The position numbers and the translations under genes are program-made. Below the pieces are notes generated by a model that searched no databases, was not told the DNA's origin, and saw only the letters and a list, made by a program, of their open reading frames with translations. A stretch of DNA of 64,000 nt from Octopus vulgaris (taxonomy: Eukaryota): positions 131,936,001 to 132,000,000 of the forward strand of contig OX597818.1 of the NCBI GenBank assembly GCA_951406725.2. Reading direction: 5' to 3'. Below, one piece after another: positions 27,647 to 40,734 of this stretch. The stretch's first letter is position 1; the number at the start of each line of letters is the position of its first letter.

Positions 27647-27792
27647 TTTCTTTATTACCCACAAGGGGCTAAACACAGAGGGGACAAACAAGGACAGACA
27701 TAGGTATTAAGTCGATTACATCGACCCCAGTGCGTAACTGGTACTTAATTTATCGACCCCGAAAGGATGAAAGGCAAAGTCGACCTCGGCGG
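27647..27792 (-). mobile_element. SINE-B, 5'-truncated, TSD aaatatcagt
   Basis: Tail-B plus core; aaatatcagt on both flanks. Confidence 0.85.
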
Positions 27793-28029
27793 AAAAATAT
27801 CAGTCAATACATACTTTACACTCACCCACAAAGGATTATCTTATATAAATTTATTATATTATCCTGGCTGTTCATAAATTATCTTTACAACTTCCACAAT
27901 CGCATTGTAGCGTCTAAGATGTGTTTTGTGCAACCAGTGGAACCCACGTGGAAGTGTTCTGATGTTTCTTATAAAAACTATTTGTTAGCCAAAAACTCTA
28001 CTGAGTTATCATTATTTATTTATTTATTT

Positions 28030-28406
28030 ACTCTTTTATTCTTTTACTTGTTTCAGTCATTTGACTGCGGCCATGCAAATCGACCCCAGGACTTATTCTT
28101 TGTAAGCCCAGTACTTATTCTATCGGTCTCTTTTGCCGAACCGCTATGTGACGGCGACGTAAACACACCAGCATCGGTTGTCAAGCAATACTAGGGGAAC
28201 AAACACAGACACACAAACACATACACATATATATATACATATATACGACAGGCTTCTTTCAGTTTCCGTCTACCAAATCCACTCACAAGGCATTGGTCGG
28301 CCCGGGGCTATAACAGAAGACACTTGCCCAAGATGCCACGCAGTGGGACTGAACCCGGAACCATGTGGCTGGTTAGCAAGCTACTTACCACACAGCCACT
28401 CCTGCG
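28030..28406 (-). mobile_element. SINE-A
   Basis: Family consensus with a short deletion. Confidence 0.9.
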
Positions 28407-28747
28407 TCTATTTATTTATTTATTTATTTATTTTTTTTTATTTTTTCAATGTTTCCTTTGTAATATTAATTATGGACACCTGTATATATAATACTTTCTA
28501 CTAAAGGTACAAGGCCTGAAATTTTGGGCGACGGGGTATGTCGATTATATCAATCCAGTATTTCACTGGTACTTATTTAGTCGACACCGAAAGGATGGAA
28601 GACAAAATCGCTTTCGGCTGAATGTTAACTTAGGCCGTAAAGACGGACGGAGGAAATTGCTCTAAACATTTTGGTCAGTGCGCTAACGATTCAGCCTAAC
28701 GTATATATGCATTATAATAGATGTTATATAGTTCTGACATACGTGAG

Positions 28748-28799
<52 letters not shown>

Positions 28800-28994
28800 A
28801 CGGGAAGCTTTATGAAAATAAACAAAAGACGAAGACAGGTGGAATACAAACAAACAATTGTATTAGTATGGCGCTCAGGAATATAAATAAAACAAGTCTT
28901 TTACGTTTCGAGCCTACGCTCTTCAACAGAAAGATACACAGAAAAGAAACACGCAAAGAAACAAGGAGAGAGAAAAAATGCGTGCAGAAGCTAG

Positions 28995-28996
<2 letters not shown>
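28800..28996 (-). mobile_element. Penelope pLTR-like repeat with hammerhead motif (28897-28934), embedded in (TA)n
   Basis: Minus strand: UCUUU CUGUUGA A GAGC GUAG GCUC GAAAC GUA AAAGA; close paralogue at 45587-45783. Confidence 0.65.
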
Positions 28997-29033
<37 letters not shown>

Positions 29034-29139
29034 CAGACAGACAGACTTACACACACACAGACGCACAAATATTCATACACATTATAGACACATTTAATAT
29101 ATATGTGTGTGTCTATCTCTTATGATAAAAGGCAGGTTT

Positions 29140-30870
29140 TCTCTGCCTGTTCCCATGTTCCTTTTTAATACAATTCAACAATATAGAACGTTGACGCCAG
29201 GGAATAACAGTTAGTCACCACTGAAGTGCCAGTGGGACACCCTAGCTCTGCTGCAGCCAATCGCTTATTTTATGTTTTCGATTCTTTTTCAAAATCTCGA
29301 AATACTGAATGCAGTATTTGGTCTTAAAGGATGTCACAAGGCACATGACGGGTGCAACGTTAAATAAAGGCTCTAAATTAGTCAGTAATATCCACTTATG
29401 AGAGAAAAATCTATCACGCTGGAGTTTAATTTATGTAGAGCATTCAAATAGGTTTATGTCCATAGCTGATATTCCGTATCCAGATTTCATAGTTGATTTT
29501 CTCCATCTAAAAGTCGATTTAAAAAATAAATAATTTACTGATTCCGCGACTAATTTATGGACAGCGCAAAGACTACTACAGTCAGCCCTCTTTTCTGAGT
29601 CGTTTCTACGTCTAACATGCTCGACTTAATCAATTTTCGGGCATCATTCGCCCAGTTTTTAGTCATTACATTCAATAACTAACACGTCATATTATTACGA
29701 CTAGTCCTCCTGCTTCTGTCGCCCTAGACGTCTTACTCTAGCGAGGATGAAGATTACCGAAGAAGAATTTAAGCCATATGTAACAGCAGTTTGAGATTAT
29801 TCGACCTCCTAATATTTGGGCATCTCCTCTTCATGTGGCTCAGAAAGAGACCGAAGGTGATTGACGTCTCTATGGAGACTTCAGAATATTAAATGCTAAA
29901 ATGATGCTGGCAAAATATCCTATTCCTTACACTCATGATTTCTCATCTTTCTATAGAGCTACTGGAGGCACAATGGCCCAGTGGTTAGGGTAGCGGACTC
30001 GCGGTTTCGATTCCCAGACCAGGCGTTGTGAGTGTTTATTGAGCGAAAACACCTAAAGCTCCACGAGGCTCCGGCAGGGGATGGTGGTGATCCCTGCTGT
30101 ACTCTTTCACCACAACTTTCTCTCACTCTTACTTCCTGTTTCTGTTGTACCTGTATTTCAAAGGGCCGGCCTTGTCACTCTCTGCGTCACGCTGAATATC
30201 CCCGAGAGCTACGTTAAGGGTACACGTGTCTGTGGAGTGCTCAGCCACTTACACGTTAATTTCACGAACAGGCTGTTCCGTTGATTCGGATCAACCGGAA
30301 CCCTCATCGTCGTAACCGACGGAGTGCTTCCACATAGAGCTACTGTGTTTTCGTAGCTACATTTAGTTCGTGCCCCTAGCAAGATTCCGATAGAACACAG
30401 TGACATTCCTTAGACGGTTATTACTATACCTTTTGGACTATGTGACTTCCTTAGAATGCCTTTAGGATTCCAGAATTCTGCGAATTCCTTCTAAACACTT
30501 AGTATATATCAATAAAGTGATTTGCGGTTTGAATTTCGTTTTTGCTTACAATGATGATTTTTGATTTCTCGTGCTTCGGAATCTAAATCTACTCTTCGCT
30601 AAATTTTCACATTACGGAGAGGTGATTAAGCCTAGTAAATGCCTTTCTGGTGTTCAATTTTTAACCCTTTCAGGCCACACTGGTATTCGCTCTATGGCGT
30701 AAAATGTATATGTAAATCTATTTTCGTTTCCTTTGGGTTATTATAAACTCACTGTTTATAATAAAACACAGTGTTGTGAGGTTCCTACTGAGTTTTGAAC
30801 AATCACATTCATGTTCTTCAGTTCAAGATCACGGCCTACTTTGCTGCCATAAAAGGCAAGGCTAGTTACG
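29140..30870 (+). pseudogene. Decayed Ty3/Gypsy gag-end / protease / reverse transcriptase
   Basis: Fragments NRLFYVFDS, IADIPYP..DFL, CRPRRL, EIIRP, WASPLHV, GDFRILN, YPIP..DF, IPFGLCDFLRMPLG, FVFAYNDD, IKPSKC; many stops and frameshifts; interrupted by SINE-C. Confidence 0.85.
29964..30333 (+). mobile_element. SINE-C (tRNA-derived) with 11-bp TSD ATAGAGCTACT
   Basis: A box tggcccagtgg, B box ggtttcgattccc; TSD at 29953-29963 and 30334-30344. Confidence 0.9.
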
Positions 30871-33800
30871 AAAAATTCTGACGCCAAAAAAAAAGAAAAA
30901 TGAAAAAATAGGGATTAACGCCTACGCGGACATGGCTCGAACAATCAGATCGGTTGGTGTATAACCTAGTGAGCTGGGCTCTTCCTGTCAGATAGTCTGG
31001 TCGAATTTTCTAGAAACTCTGCTGAACGTTATAAAAACTGGAGTTTTGAATTCTCAGACAGAACAACCTCACTTCTCCCTGATCCTCCTAGTAGAACCTG
31101 AGGCGCTAGTTGAAAATATGTCTGTCAGTTTTGTGACCAGGCATTCTTATTCTTTTAACTTAATTTCTTCTCAATAATTATGAACTGTTTTCGTATTACA
31201 ATTTAGCATTTTGTGTAGTGATAACTTATGCTTATTCATGTCAATAGCTCTTGGATGCTGTTCTATTTATTCAGCTTTATCTTTATGTAAATGTAAATGT
31301 TCCATATTGATAAAAATGTATGAGAATTAATACCATATTACTGTGGTCGTTATAAATATAACCTGAACTTGTAATCTGTATAGAGTAACTGTAGATTTTT
31401 CAATAGTTCTGCATAGGTGTTCTCTTTTTTACTGATCTTCAGCTTTATGTTAACATCCACTGGGCAGCTAATTTCTACAACTGTGCACAGTTTCTCTTCC
31501 CTATCGCAAATCATTATATCAGGTCTGTTGTGCTTACATTTTATTGAGGTCTTCACTGGTACACTTCACCAGTATTCCTTTACATTATGAGTGACTATGA
31601 CTTCTACCATATTGTGGGTTTTTATTTCGTTGTCCTCGGGATTATCTTTCCGACGGATTTCGTTATAGAGTGTCCTAGCTACAACGTAATGTCTCATCAG
31701 TAGATAATGCCGTGATGACATTTTCGGATAACTGCTTATGATGTGGGCGATATCTTCAGCGTGAACTCCACAAAGTCTGCAACGTTTGTCACATTTTACG
31801 GCTTTTCCCGCATCTCTATCCCTTTTTGTATCAGGTTCTTGGTTGATATTTCCTGTTCGTCGATTGCAAACGGATACCCTTCAAAGTGAGAGGTAATAAT
31901 CCGGCTAATCGTCCATGATAAACTGCTTTGATGATCGATGTTACTATCATCCATGCATAGTCTTCTGCTCAAATAGGCTCATCCTTTCATCTGATATGTT
32001 GCAGTAGAGTTGTGCGACTTCTTTGGGTAAGTATTCTAGGTTATCAGACAAAGAGTGTTGCTCAAGGAGCTGCCTTCCAAGTCTTATGATGTTATCAGCT
32101 TCATGTATGCAAACTTGGTCAAGGGATGCACTTCGACACTTGGTGGTTAAAAGATGTTGCCGAAGGGATATGATGCAACATTCAAAGGCATTTTGGATCG
32201 ATGTTAAGCCTCTGCCGCCTTTTTTACATTTAAGGTAGAAGCGGTCTATATCACTGTTTATGTGGAAATTATGTGTACTTGTTAGTATTTTTCGGGTTTT
32301 CACATCAATGGCTCGGTTCATCAAGCAGCCTAAATGTTGGTATGAGTACTGGCACTGCAAACACGATGGGCCACTGTTTTATTGAATGCAGAGAGTTCTG
32401 AGGTCCAACTTTCCGTTATTCGACTGTAATATTCTTTAATGACACGCGTTTTGTTATAGGTATCACTCTAAGATATATTTTCATCCACCCCTAGATACCT
32501 ATGACATTCCAGTCAGATACTGGGGAAACAGTCAAATCAGTGACGGGGATGCTACTAGTCTGCTTTATAGTTTTCCTTTTCACTACCATATAACAACATT
32601 TATCCTGACCAAACTCCAACCCTACATCCTTTGAGAATGTTGTACCAAAGTCAAGGCTCTTTTTCATCTCATGCATATTCTTTGCATCCACAAAGAAACA
32701 GTGTGTAATTTTGGTATTTTTGTTTCCTTGTGAACCAGTGAATGAGAAGGGGTTTACAGGAAGTATAAACAACATCGCAGAGAGGTTGTCTCCTTGGATT
32801 ATGCCTTTGCGATATTGTACTCGGTCAGTGATAATAGTCACTTTTTGTGTTTAATTTCAAGATGGTGGCCCACGATGAAGTCAGGTCAGCTATGGTTTTG
32901 GCTTTTCTCACAGGAGCTTTAGCAAGTTGAAGGGCTTCTGGCATCCATGAGTGGGGAACAGAGTCAAAGGCTTTCTTGTAACCTAGCCACATTGAAACTA
33001 GGTTCCTCCTATGCTCTCGCACCTCTGACATAACAGTTTTGTTGATTAGCAATTGCTCGGTACATCCCCAGGCTCCCTTCTTCCCTGCTGCTTGTTCTGT
33101 TGTGATAATGTTATTGGTTTCACAATGGTCGTGGAGGAAGAGGTTTAAACATGCTGTATATATCTTATGCATTAAGTTCTAGCCGGTAGTTGTTTTTGCT
33201 ATGTGGGTGGTTCTGCATTTGGGGATCAATTTTTGTCTCTACCAGAGCTAGTCAGTGTGGTATGCTACTGCTCCCAATGAAAGTTTGCTGGTACAGATTG
33301 ATAAGGTATGGTCGGTAGAATGTTAACTTCTTATACCAATATCCAACAATCAAGTCTCTTCCAGGTGTCTTTCGATCTTGGAGTTTCTGGATCACAGTTG
33401 TAAGAGTTTCACCATCAATGTTGTATGTCTTGGATGTAACACAAGAGTAATAAATAACTTTTTCGGATTTCTTCCTGCCATGGAGCATCTTGGTTAAATT
33501 CCTTCTCTTCACTCCAGATTTTCCCCTTGAAGGAGTCTATGTCTTCTCGTGAAGGAGCTTCTGTGATATTTATTGTTCCTCCTCTCATGTTTCTGTATAC
33601 TGCTGCCTGGTTGCGGTTAAATTTTTTGTTTATTATTCTTCTTTCGGTTATTCTCTTCTGATGTCAGAGTTTTACACTGACAGCTTTTAGCTCCTTCTTA
33701 AGGGCAATCAGTTTGCAAGTGAGTGTCCCCTTTTTGCTGTCTCCAAACATCATTTCTATCTCCTTCTTTACTTTCTGTTGGTGGAACGTATAGTGATTTT

Positions 33801-34140
33801 CTTGTTTGCATGCAATAAGCATCATTACATGATGGTCTTCCGTAAACCAGTTATTTTTTTCCCTGTCTTCAAAACCTATGAAGGTACTTTCTTTGTTATT
33901 TCGGCTTTGTTTACTTTCTGAATATCATTCATGTACTGTTTTACAGTAGTAGCCAATCTACCAGGCGTTAATCTGCCAGTTAATCTGTTGTGAATACTCA
34001 TCACCAATTTCGTTAACAGCTTTTAATACCGTACCTGGTGGTTTTTTACTTACTTTGGTAGAGAATTCGTTCTCCTCGAGAGACTCCTTCAAAGCCAAAG
34101 TTATTTTTTTCTCGGAAAATTTAACCGGCATATAATTCTG

Positions 34141-34187
<47 letters not shown>

Positions 34188-34337
34188 AATTGTTGTGGTT
34201 GAGCTTGCTATTTACCATAGTCGTAGTAGTCGGACAGTGATCAGTGACTTGACCCAGTAATGTAGTTTGGCTGGCAGGCACTATGTAATCTGTTGAAATG
34301 TCGCTAGCTGCGAAAGCATGTGGTGGTCTTATATCCC

Positions 34338-34742
34338 TTTACTCATTTATTTGTTTCAGTCATTTGACTGCGGCCATGCTGGAGCACCGCCTTTAGTCGA
34401 GCAAATCGACCCCGGGACTTATTATTGGTAAGCCCAGTACTTATTCTATCGGTCTCTTTTGCCGAACCGCTAAGTTACGAGGACGTAAACACACCAGCAT
34501 CGGTTGTCAAGCAATGCTAGAGTGACAAACACAGACACACAAACATATACATACACATACATATATATATACATATATACGACAGGCTTCTTTCAGTTTC
34601 CGTCTACCAAATCCACTCACAAAGCTTTGGTCGGCCCGGGGCTATAGCAGAAGACATTTGCCCAAGATGCCACGCAGTGGGACTGAACTCAGAACCATGT
34701 GGTTGGTTAGCAAGCTACTTACCACACAGCCACTCCTGCGCC
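34338..34742 (-). mobile_element. SINE-A nested in the R4/Dong LINE
   Basis: Full family consensus interrupting the LINE ORF region. Confidence 0.9.
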
Positions 34743-35145
34743 TATCATTCACGTTTTCTTTTCATTTTTGTTTATAGAGTTGGGAAGAAGGTTAATTTTC
34801 GATTTTTTTAATAAAGTTACAGTTACTAACCTCCTTTCTATGTTCTACAAATGTTGCTTATTGTCGTCGTTGTCTTGCAGTAAAATGGTTTAATTCTGGA
34901 TGCAGATCGTCCCAATATGATTTCAATCGATTCATATGGCCAACAGCGGGGTTTCGTTTCGCTTTTTCATAGCAGCTAAATAGATCATTATTCAGTTCAT
35001 AACTCCAAGAGAAGTGAGTTTTGTAGTTACGGTTTCTTCTATAACTACAGCTAGAAAGAATTTGTTTACCTGTTGAGCTGTTGTTTTCGTTCTGTTCTTC
35101 GATTGTGTCCAGCCATGTTGTTTGTAGTAACTCTCTGTATGGAAT

Positions 35146-35534
35146 GTTGTTGCTTGGAAGCACTCCGTCGGTTACGACGACGAGGGTTCCGGTTGATCCG
35201 AATTAACGGAACAGCCTGCTCGTGAAATTAACGTGTAAGTGGCCGAGCACTCCACAGACACGTGCACCCTTAACGTAGTTCTCGGGGATATTCAGCGTGA
35301 TACAGAGAGTGACAAGGCCGGCCCTTTGAAATACAGGTACAACAGAGACAGGAAGTAAGAGTGAGAGAAAGTTGTGGTGAAAGAGAACAGCAGGGATCAC
35401 CACCATCCCTGCCGGAGCCTCATGGAGCTTTAGGTGTTTTCGCTCAATAAACACTCACAACGCCCGGTCTGGGAAACCGCGATCCTATGACCGCGAGTCC
35501 GCTGCCCTAACCACTGGGCCATTGCGCCTCCACA
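35146..35534 (-). mobile_element. SINE-C nested in the R4/Dong LINE, 12-bp TSD
   Basis: tctgtatggaat at 35134-35145 and 35535-35546. Confidence 0.9.
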
Positions 35535-36257
35535 TCTGTATGGAATATTCAAGTTTCAGTCGAAAATCACTACGATCGTGAATAAAAGGCTCCCTCGATT
35601 AATTCATCTGAAGATTAACTAATTATCTAACAAGGCTGATTAGTTGTGGCTCCAAAGTTAGAGATAGTATTCATCGTTTTCTGTGATAAATAGTCTCCTA
35701 CGCCAAATACGCGACTTGTCGCTTCGGGCGAGTGTGTGTTTGTGTGTGTTTCAAGACGTTGTCATAGGAATATTCAACAATCACCTAATGTCGTGATTCG
35801 CTAGAATATTACTCACATGATCAACAAAATTTGACCAATCGCGACTTCGCGTAGAATAGTTTCCAGTGACAATTACGACTTTAGGTGCGCTCCTTTCTGA
35901 ACCCATCAATCAGTATAAAATCGACACATCATGACTACCTGACAGAGAGTTTTGTTTTGATGTAGAGAGAGAGCACGAATGCGACTGTGCAAGTAACTTT
36001 TTATGATCTCTTCGAGTTGGTTCAATATGACAATGTAGAATTAAACATAGGAATAGAACGAAACGCCTTTAATGGAATTGAACAATGACATACGAGCAGT
36101 TAATGCCACTTCATTTATTTTTATTGAAGAATTATAAAACCGTTTCAACACAACTAACCAGTGAGGACATATAAAGATCATCGCAGCCGATCTAGAGTTG
36201 AATTTTTAAATTTCTCTGAAGAATAAACAGTTATCTTCGATTTTAGAAGAAATATTC

Positions 36258-36681
36258 GGATCTTTTCCTTTTGACCGGCACATATCAACACAATTTCTAG
36301 TTAACTAAACACTTTTAAACTTCGTATACTGGTAGAATGTGTTTATAAAACATCATTTTTTTCTTGGCTTTATTGAGAAAATTCTATAGTTTGTAAGATA
36401 TTTCGTCTGAAATTTCGAGCGTTTCGGCAATTTTAACCAATTGCTGACCTCCATTTGGGGTGAAAACATTCCGTGCTGTATGAATATGTCCCTCGTTTAA
36501 GAAACAGATTGGGTTTATTTACATTTGCGAAGAAAAAAATATACCCTAACCCTAACCCTAAATCTAAAAGAGATTGAAATGCAATAGGTCGATACTAGGG
36601 TTATAATTATGGGTGACATTTTCATTTGACACCGCTAGAAAAAAATCCCATTTTCCGTAGCGGTGTCGTATGAAAAGATCC
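36258..36681. mobile_element. Non-autonomous DNA transposon (MITE), GG-starting TIRs, 8-bp TSD (Merlin-like)
   Basis: TIR ggatcttttc / gaaaagatcc; TSD aaatattc at 36250-36257 and 36682-36689; internal ccctaaccctaacccta. Confidence 0.8.
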
Positions 36682-37273
36682 AAATATTCTACAGAAGACT
36701 TGTATATTGCTAGTACTTAGTTCACTGACTCTTCACCCAACTCTAAAGAAAGGTAACTAAAAAGGAAAGAAAACTACCTTAAAAGTCATACTTAATACGC
36801 ATTTTTTTTTAGCCAAAATTAAAATAAAGAGTGCGTTTAAATGCAGGGTGCCGCATAGGGGATGTTGGTCTTCACTAAGGCCGTGGTCTTTGGCATAAGA
36901 CTCTTGTGGATTAGGCTGAGCTGGGTGTGTTTCAAACATGAACAAAACTCGCAAACATTTTATAATATATCTATTTAAGGGAAGGCTGAACACACACACA
37001 ATGCATTATCCTATCTATAATAGGCATAAGGCCTGAAATCTGGGGGAAGGGGATAGTCGATTACATCGATCCAAGTACACAACTAGTACTCAATTTATCG
37101 AGACCGAAAGGTGAATTAGGTACTACAAAATCAGTCAGAAGGCCGGGGTCCGTGTGAGCGTGAGGCATATAGTAAATCCCCCAAAAGAACAACAAACACA
37201 AAAAAAAGCAACAACGCGAGGACGTGGTACATGTAAAGTATTAGCAGACGATCAGGGGTGGAAAGAAAGTTGG

Positions 37274-37307
37274 ATCGACGTTTCGAGCAACGCTCTTCTT
37301 CAGAAAC
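37274..37307 (-). ncRNA. Minimal hammerhead ribozyme motif in a pLTR-like repeat (~37160-37365)
   Basis: Minus strand: GUUU CUGAAGA A GAGC GUU GCUC GAAAC GUC GAUC; intact core, weak helix I; paralogue of 21900-22100. Confidence 0.65.
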
Positions 37308-37620
37308 AGGGGGAAAGTCCAATAGAAAAGGAAGACGGAGGAAGAAAATCACCAACGATTCACGGAAAATCTGCCCGAAAATTTCACGTTCCTGAAAATC
37401 AGGCCGTAACACGAAATTCCGTGATGCAAAATTTTTTTCCTACTGATTTTCACATTATCAAATGAAATTGTGTTCCAACAGACTTTTTCGAAAATGAAAA
37501 CAGAAGCTCAAGAAAACAACAGAGAACAAGCAATACGATCACCTTTATACATGAAAATAACATTTTTTTTTAAAAAAACACACGATACAGTATATATATA
37601 TACAGAATAAATATACAATA

Positions 37621-37939
37621 GGCGCAGGAGTGGCTGTGTGGTAAGTAGCTTGCTAACCAACCACATGGTTCCGGGTTCAGTCCCACTGCGTGGCATCTTG
37701 GGCAAGTGTCTTCTGCTATAGCCCCGGGCTTACCAATGCCTTGTGAGTGGATTTGGTAGACGGAAACTGAAAGAAGCCTGTCGTATATATGTATATATGT
37801 ATGTGTGTGTATGTGACACCGATAGAATAAGTACTGGGCTTACAAAGAATAAGTCCCGGGGTCGATTTGCTCGACTAAAGGCGGTGCTCCAGTATGGCCA
37901 TAGTCAATTGACTGAAACAAGTAAAAGAGTAAAAGAGTA
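37621..37939 (+). mobile_element. SINE-A with internal deletion
   Basis: Head and tail of the consensus, middle missing. Confidence 0.85.
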
Positions 37940-38119
37940 ATATACAGAGAAATACAAAAAAAAAAAAAAAAGAAAGAAATTCAAGAGGAATTCCTTACGG
38001 AATTAACAAGAATCGTAATATCGTAAGAGTATGTTCTTACCTCAAAAGACGTTGACTATTGTGTGAAAGTTGGTGGTGGAATGGGTGTTACTGGGAAGAT
38101 GGGGAACAATATTCACTCT

Positions 38120-39710
38120 CTTATAGATGACGCATCATCTCTTTGTACAGCTCAGAATAGGAACTGAGCTCATTGTAAACTCCTCTTGTAATTGTTACGT
38201 TATGTTTACGATTAGGGGGGTGGAGGCGCAATGGCCCAGTGGTTAGGGCAGCGGACTCGCGGTCATAGGATCGCGGTTTCGATTCCCAGACCGGGCGTTG
38301 TGAGTGTTTATTGAGCGAAAACACCTAAAAGCTCCACGAGGCTCCGGCAGGGGATGGTGGTGATCCCTGCTGTACTCTTTCACCACAACTTTCTCTCACT
38401 CTTACTTCCTGTTTCTGTTGTACCTGTATTTTCAAAAGGGCCGGCCTTGTCACTCTCTGTGTCACGCTGAATATCCCCGAGAACTACGTTAAGGGTACAC
38501 GTGTCTGTGGAGTGCTCAGCCACTTACACGTTAATTTCACGAGCAGGCTGTTCCGTTGATTCGGATCAACCGGAACCCTCATCGTCGTAACCGACGGAGT
38601 ACTTCCTTCCTTACGATTAGAATCATTATCAGCAAAAACCTGCTGATCTTCTATAAGTAACATCTCTTTAGTAAAAATTTTTGTAGCCAATTTAAATGGT
38701 GCAGGTGAAACTTCCGTCGCTTTATCTGTATTCTCAGCTTGTTCATTTTCTAACAGCCTCAGGTCCTCATTACATAAACTTTCTTTCTAGGACACTAGCA
38801 ATTCAATTACATCCTTTATGACGTCTTCAAATCCTACATCATTTGCAAGTGTCACAATATCTTTACGAATATAATGTAGACTTTTTCTGCTCGAGGAAAA
38901 CTTGTAATTCGTAATGTCACGGTCAGGAGTATCGTCTGGCCATTTACTTTTCCAAGCACTATTCTAAGCTGGAGGTTTCATTTCATTTCATGACTCAGCT
39001 GTATTATTCACAATATCCATTATGTTGAATTTCTTCCACAAATTTCTAACTGTAGGTTTATCCTACCTATGAATCGCTTTCATAAGTTATTTGAAAGTTC
39101 TCATATAATATACCTTGATATTTAGCTATCACGCCTTGATCCATTGGCTGGAGCAAAGAAGTTGCACCTAGGGGATATATTCTACTCTAACATTATCAGA
39201 AAAGTTATCCAAATTTGCTGGGTGACTTGCTGCACTGTCTAAAAATTAAAAAAAAGCAATGCTTTGCGTGTAATACTGTGACTTTCTACGGCAGGACAAA
39301 AAAAATGTTTACAAACCAATCTTTGAAAAGGTTCTTAGTCATCCATGTCTTCTTAATTAAATGCGAAATCAGATGTAGATTAAACTTTGTGTAACCCTTG
39401 AAAGCCTTAGCATTTTAAGTGTAATACACGTGTGGAGATTAATTTCATATCACCAGCGGCATTTTCTCTCCCACAAATGTGTCAGATGATATTTTGGAAG
39501 CTTTAAAACTTGGCGTTGATTTTTCTTCTCGAGAAATAAAAGTTCTAGCTGGTATGTGCTTCCAGAAAAGTGCAGTTTCATTAACATTATATACTTGTTC
39601 TGGTGTAGCGTCCCCACCACCACCACCACACACTTCAGCAATCATTTTCTTCAACTGCTCAAAATAATTTGTAGCAGCCTCTGTATCAGAGCCCGTGGTA
39701 CGTATGCAGT
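38120..39710 (-). pseudogene. Decayed Tigger/pogo DDE transposase
   Basis: PEQVYNVNETALFWK..PARTFISREEKS.P.FKASK, ATSLLQPMDQGVIA, C-terminal DNDSNRKHNV..GVYNELSSYSELYKE (continuous once SINE-C is removed). Confidence 0.85.
38216..38610 (+). mobile_element. SINE-C with 10-bp TSD TTACGATTAG
   Basis: TSD at 38206-38215 and 38611-38620. Confidence 0.9.
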
Positions 39711-39719
39711 TGAAATTTA

Positions 39720-39925
39720 CAAAAAAAAAACAAAAAAACAAAAGACGAAGATAGGTGTATACACAATAAACTGGTGTATTAGTTTAACGCTTGGGAAGGT
39801 GAGAAAATATTTAACGTTTCGAGCCTACGCCCTTCAATAGATAGAAATACGAGGAAATAAACAGAGAGAGAATAAAAAATCTTTTGGAGTTAGCGGTCAA
39901 TCACGGCAGCTGGCTGGACTCTGGT
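39720..39925 (-). mobile_element. Penelope pLTR-like repeat with degenerate hammerhead (~39808-39846)
   Basis: Minus strand CUAUUGA A GGGC GUAG GCUC GAAAC GUU; related to the 28800 and 45587 copies. Confidence 0.5.
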
Positions 39926-40441
39926 AGTTATGTATGTATGTATGTATGTATGTATGTATGTATGTATGTATGTATGTATGTATGTATGTATGTATGTATA
40001 TGTACACACACACACATATAAAATTGAAAACGAAGAGGAGAGTGGAGATTTATTTACATCCGAAACTTTTTATGGAAAAAATTTTCTACGCCATATATAA
40101 CAATGACCAACATATGTTTCAATTGCAGCAATAACACTGTATGCTCTGTATGTATCCTAGTCGCTGCAATTTCATCACGGGTCCGTCACTTACGACGTTT
40201 TCAAAGGGAACTAATTCAAACAAGCTTCCTGCGTTAGTATTCAGTAAAAGGTTATAGCGTTACCTTTTAAACCAAATTGAATTCTGGTCTTATAATAACT
40301 TCTACTGGTATTACAGTTGAATCGTGGTTTATAAAATGTTCATTCATATTACAATTAATTGTGGCAGTTTTGTTTACATTTTACTGAATGGAGTACAATA
40401 TTTATTCACTTATGTTTAGATTTATACCCTCAATTAATACC

Positions 40442-40674
40442 TATTTCTTTACTACCCACAAGGGGCTAAGCACAGAGAGGACAAACAAGGACATACAAAC
40501 GGATTAAGTCAATTATATCGACCCCAGTGTGTAACTGGTACTTATTTAATCGACCCCGAAAGGATGAAAGGCAAAGTCGACCTCGGCGGAATTTGAACTC
40601 AGAACGTAACGGCAGACGAAATACGGCTACGCATTTCGCCCGGCGTGCTAACGTTTCTGCCAGCTCGCCGCCTT
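40442..40674 (-). mobile_element. SINE-B, full-length tail-B type, TSD aattaatacc
   Basis: TSD at 40432-40441 and 40675-40684; tRNA-like head ggcggcgagctggcagaaacgttagc and B box gagttcaaattcc. Confidence 0.9.
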
Positions 40675-40734
40675 AATTAATACCATGTTGTTATTATTAC
40701 TAAAACTATTATCATTATTACAATCATTATGTTA

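Larger units (their letters stand above)
31350..35730 (-). mobile_element. Decayed R4/Dong-clade non-LTR retrotransposon (RT, CCHC, RLE endonuclease)
   Basis: WSYELNNDLFSCY N-terminal motif, KTPGRD..GYWYKKL, EQAAGKKGAWGCTEQLLIN, KKAFDSVPHSW, GIIQGDNLS, CRLCGVHAEDIAHIISS..RH, HNRPDIMICDREEKLCTVVEISCP; frameshifted; 5' limit approximate. Confidence 0.9.

Noticed and set aside
35146-35534. SINE-C as the native 5' promoter of the R4/Dong LINE
   Set aside because: A 12-bp TSD shows it is a later insertion into the LINE.
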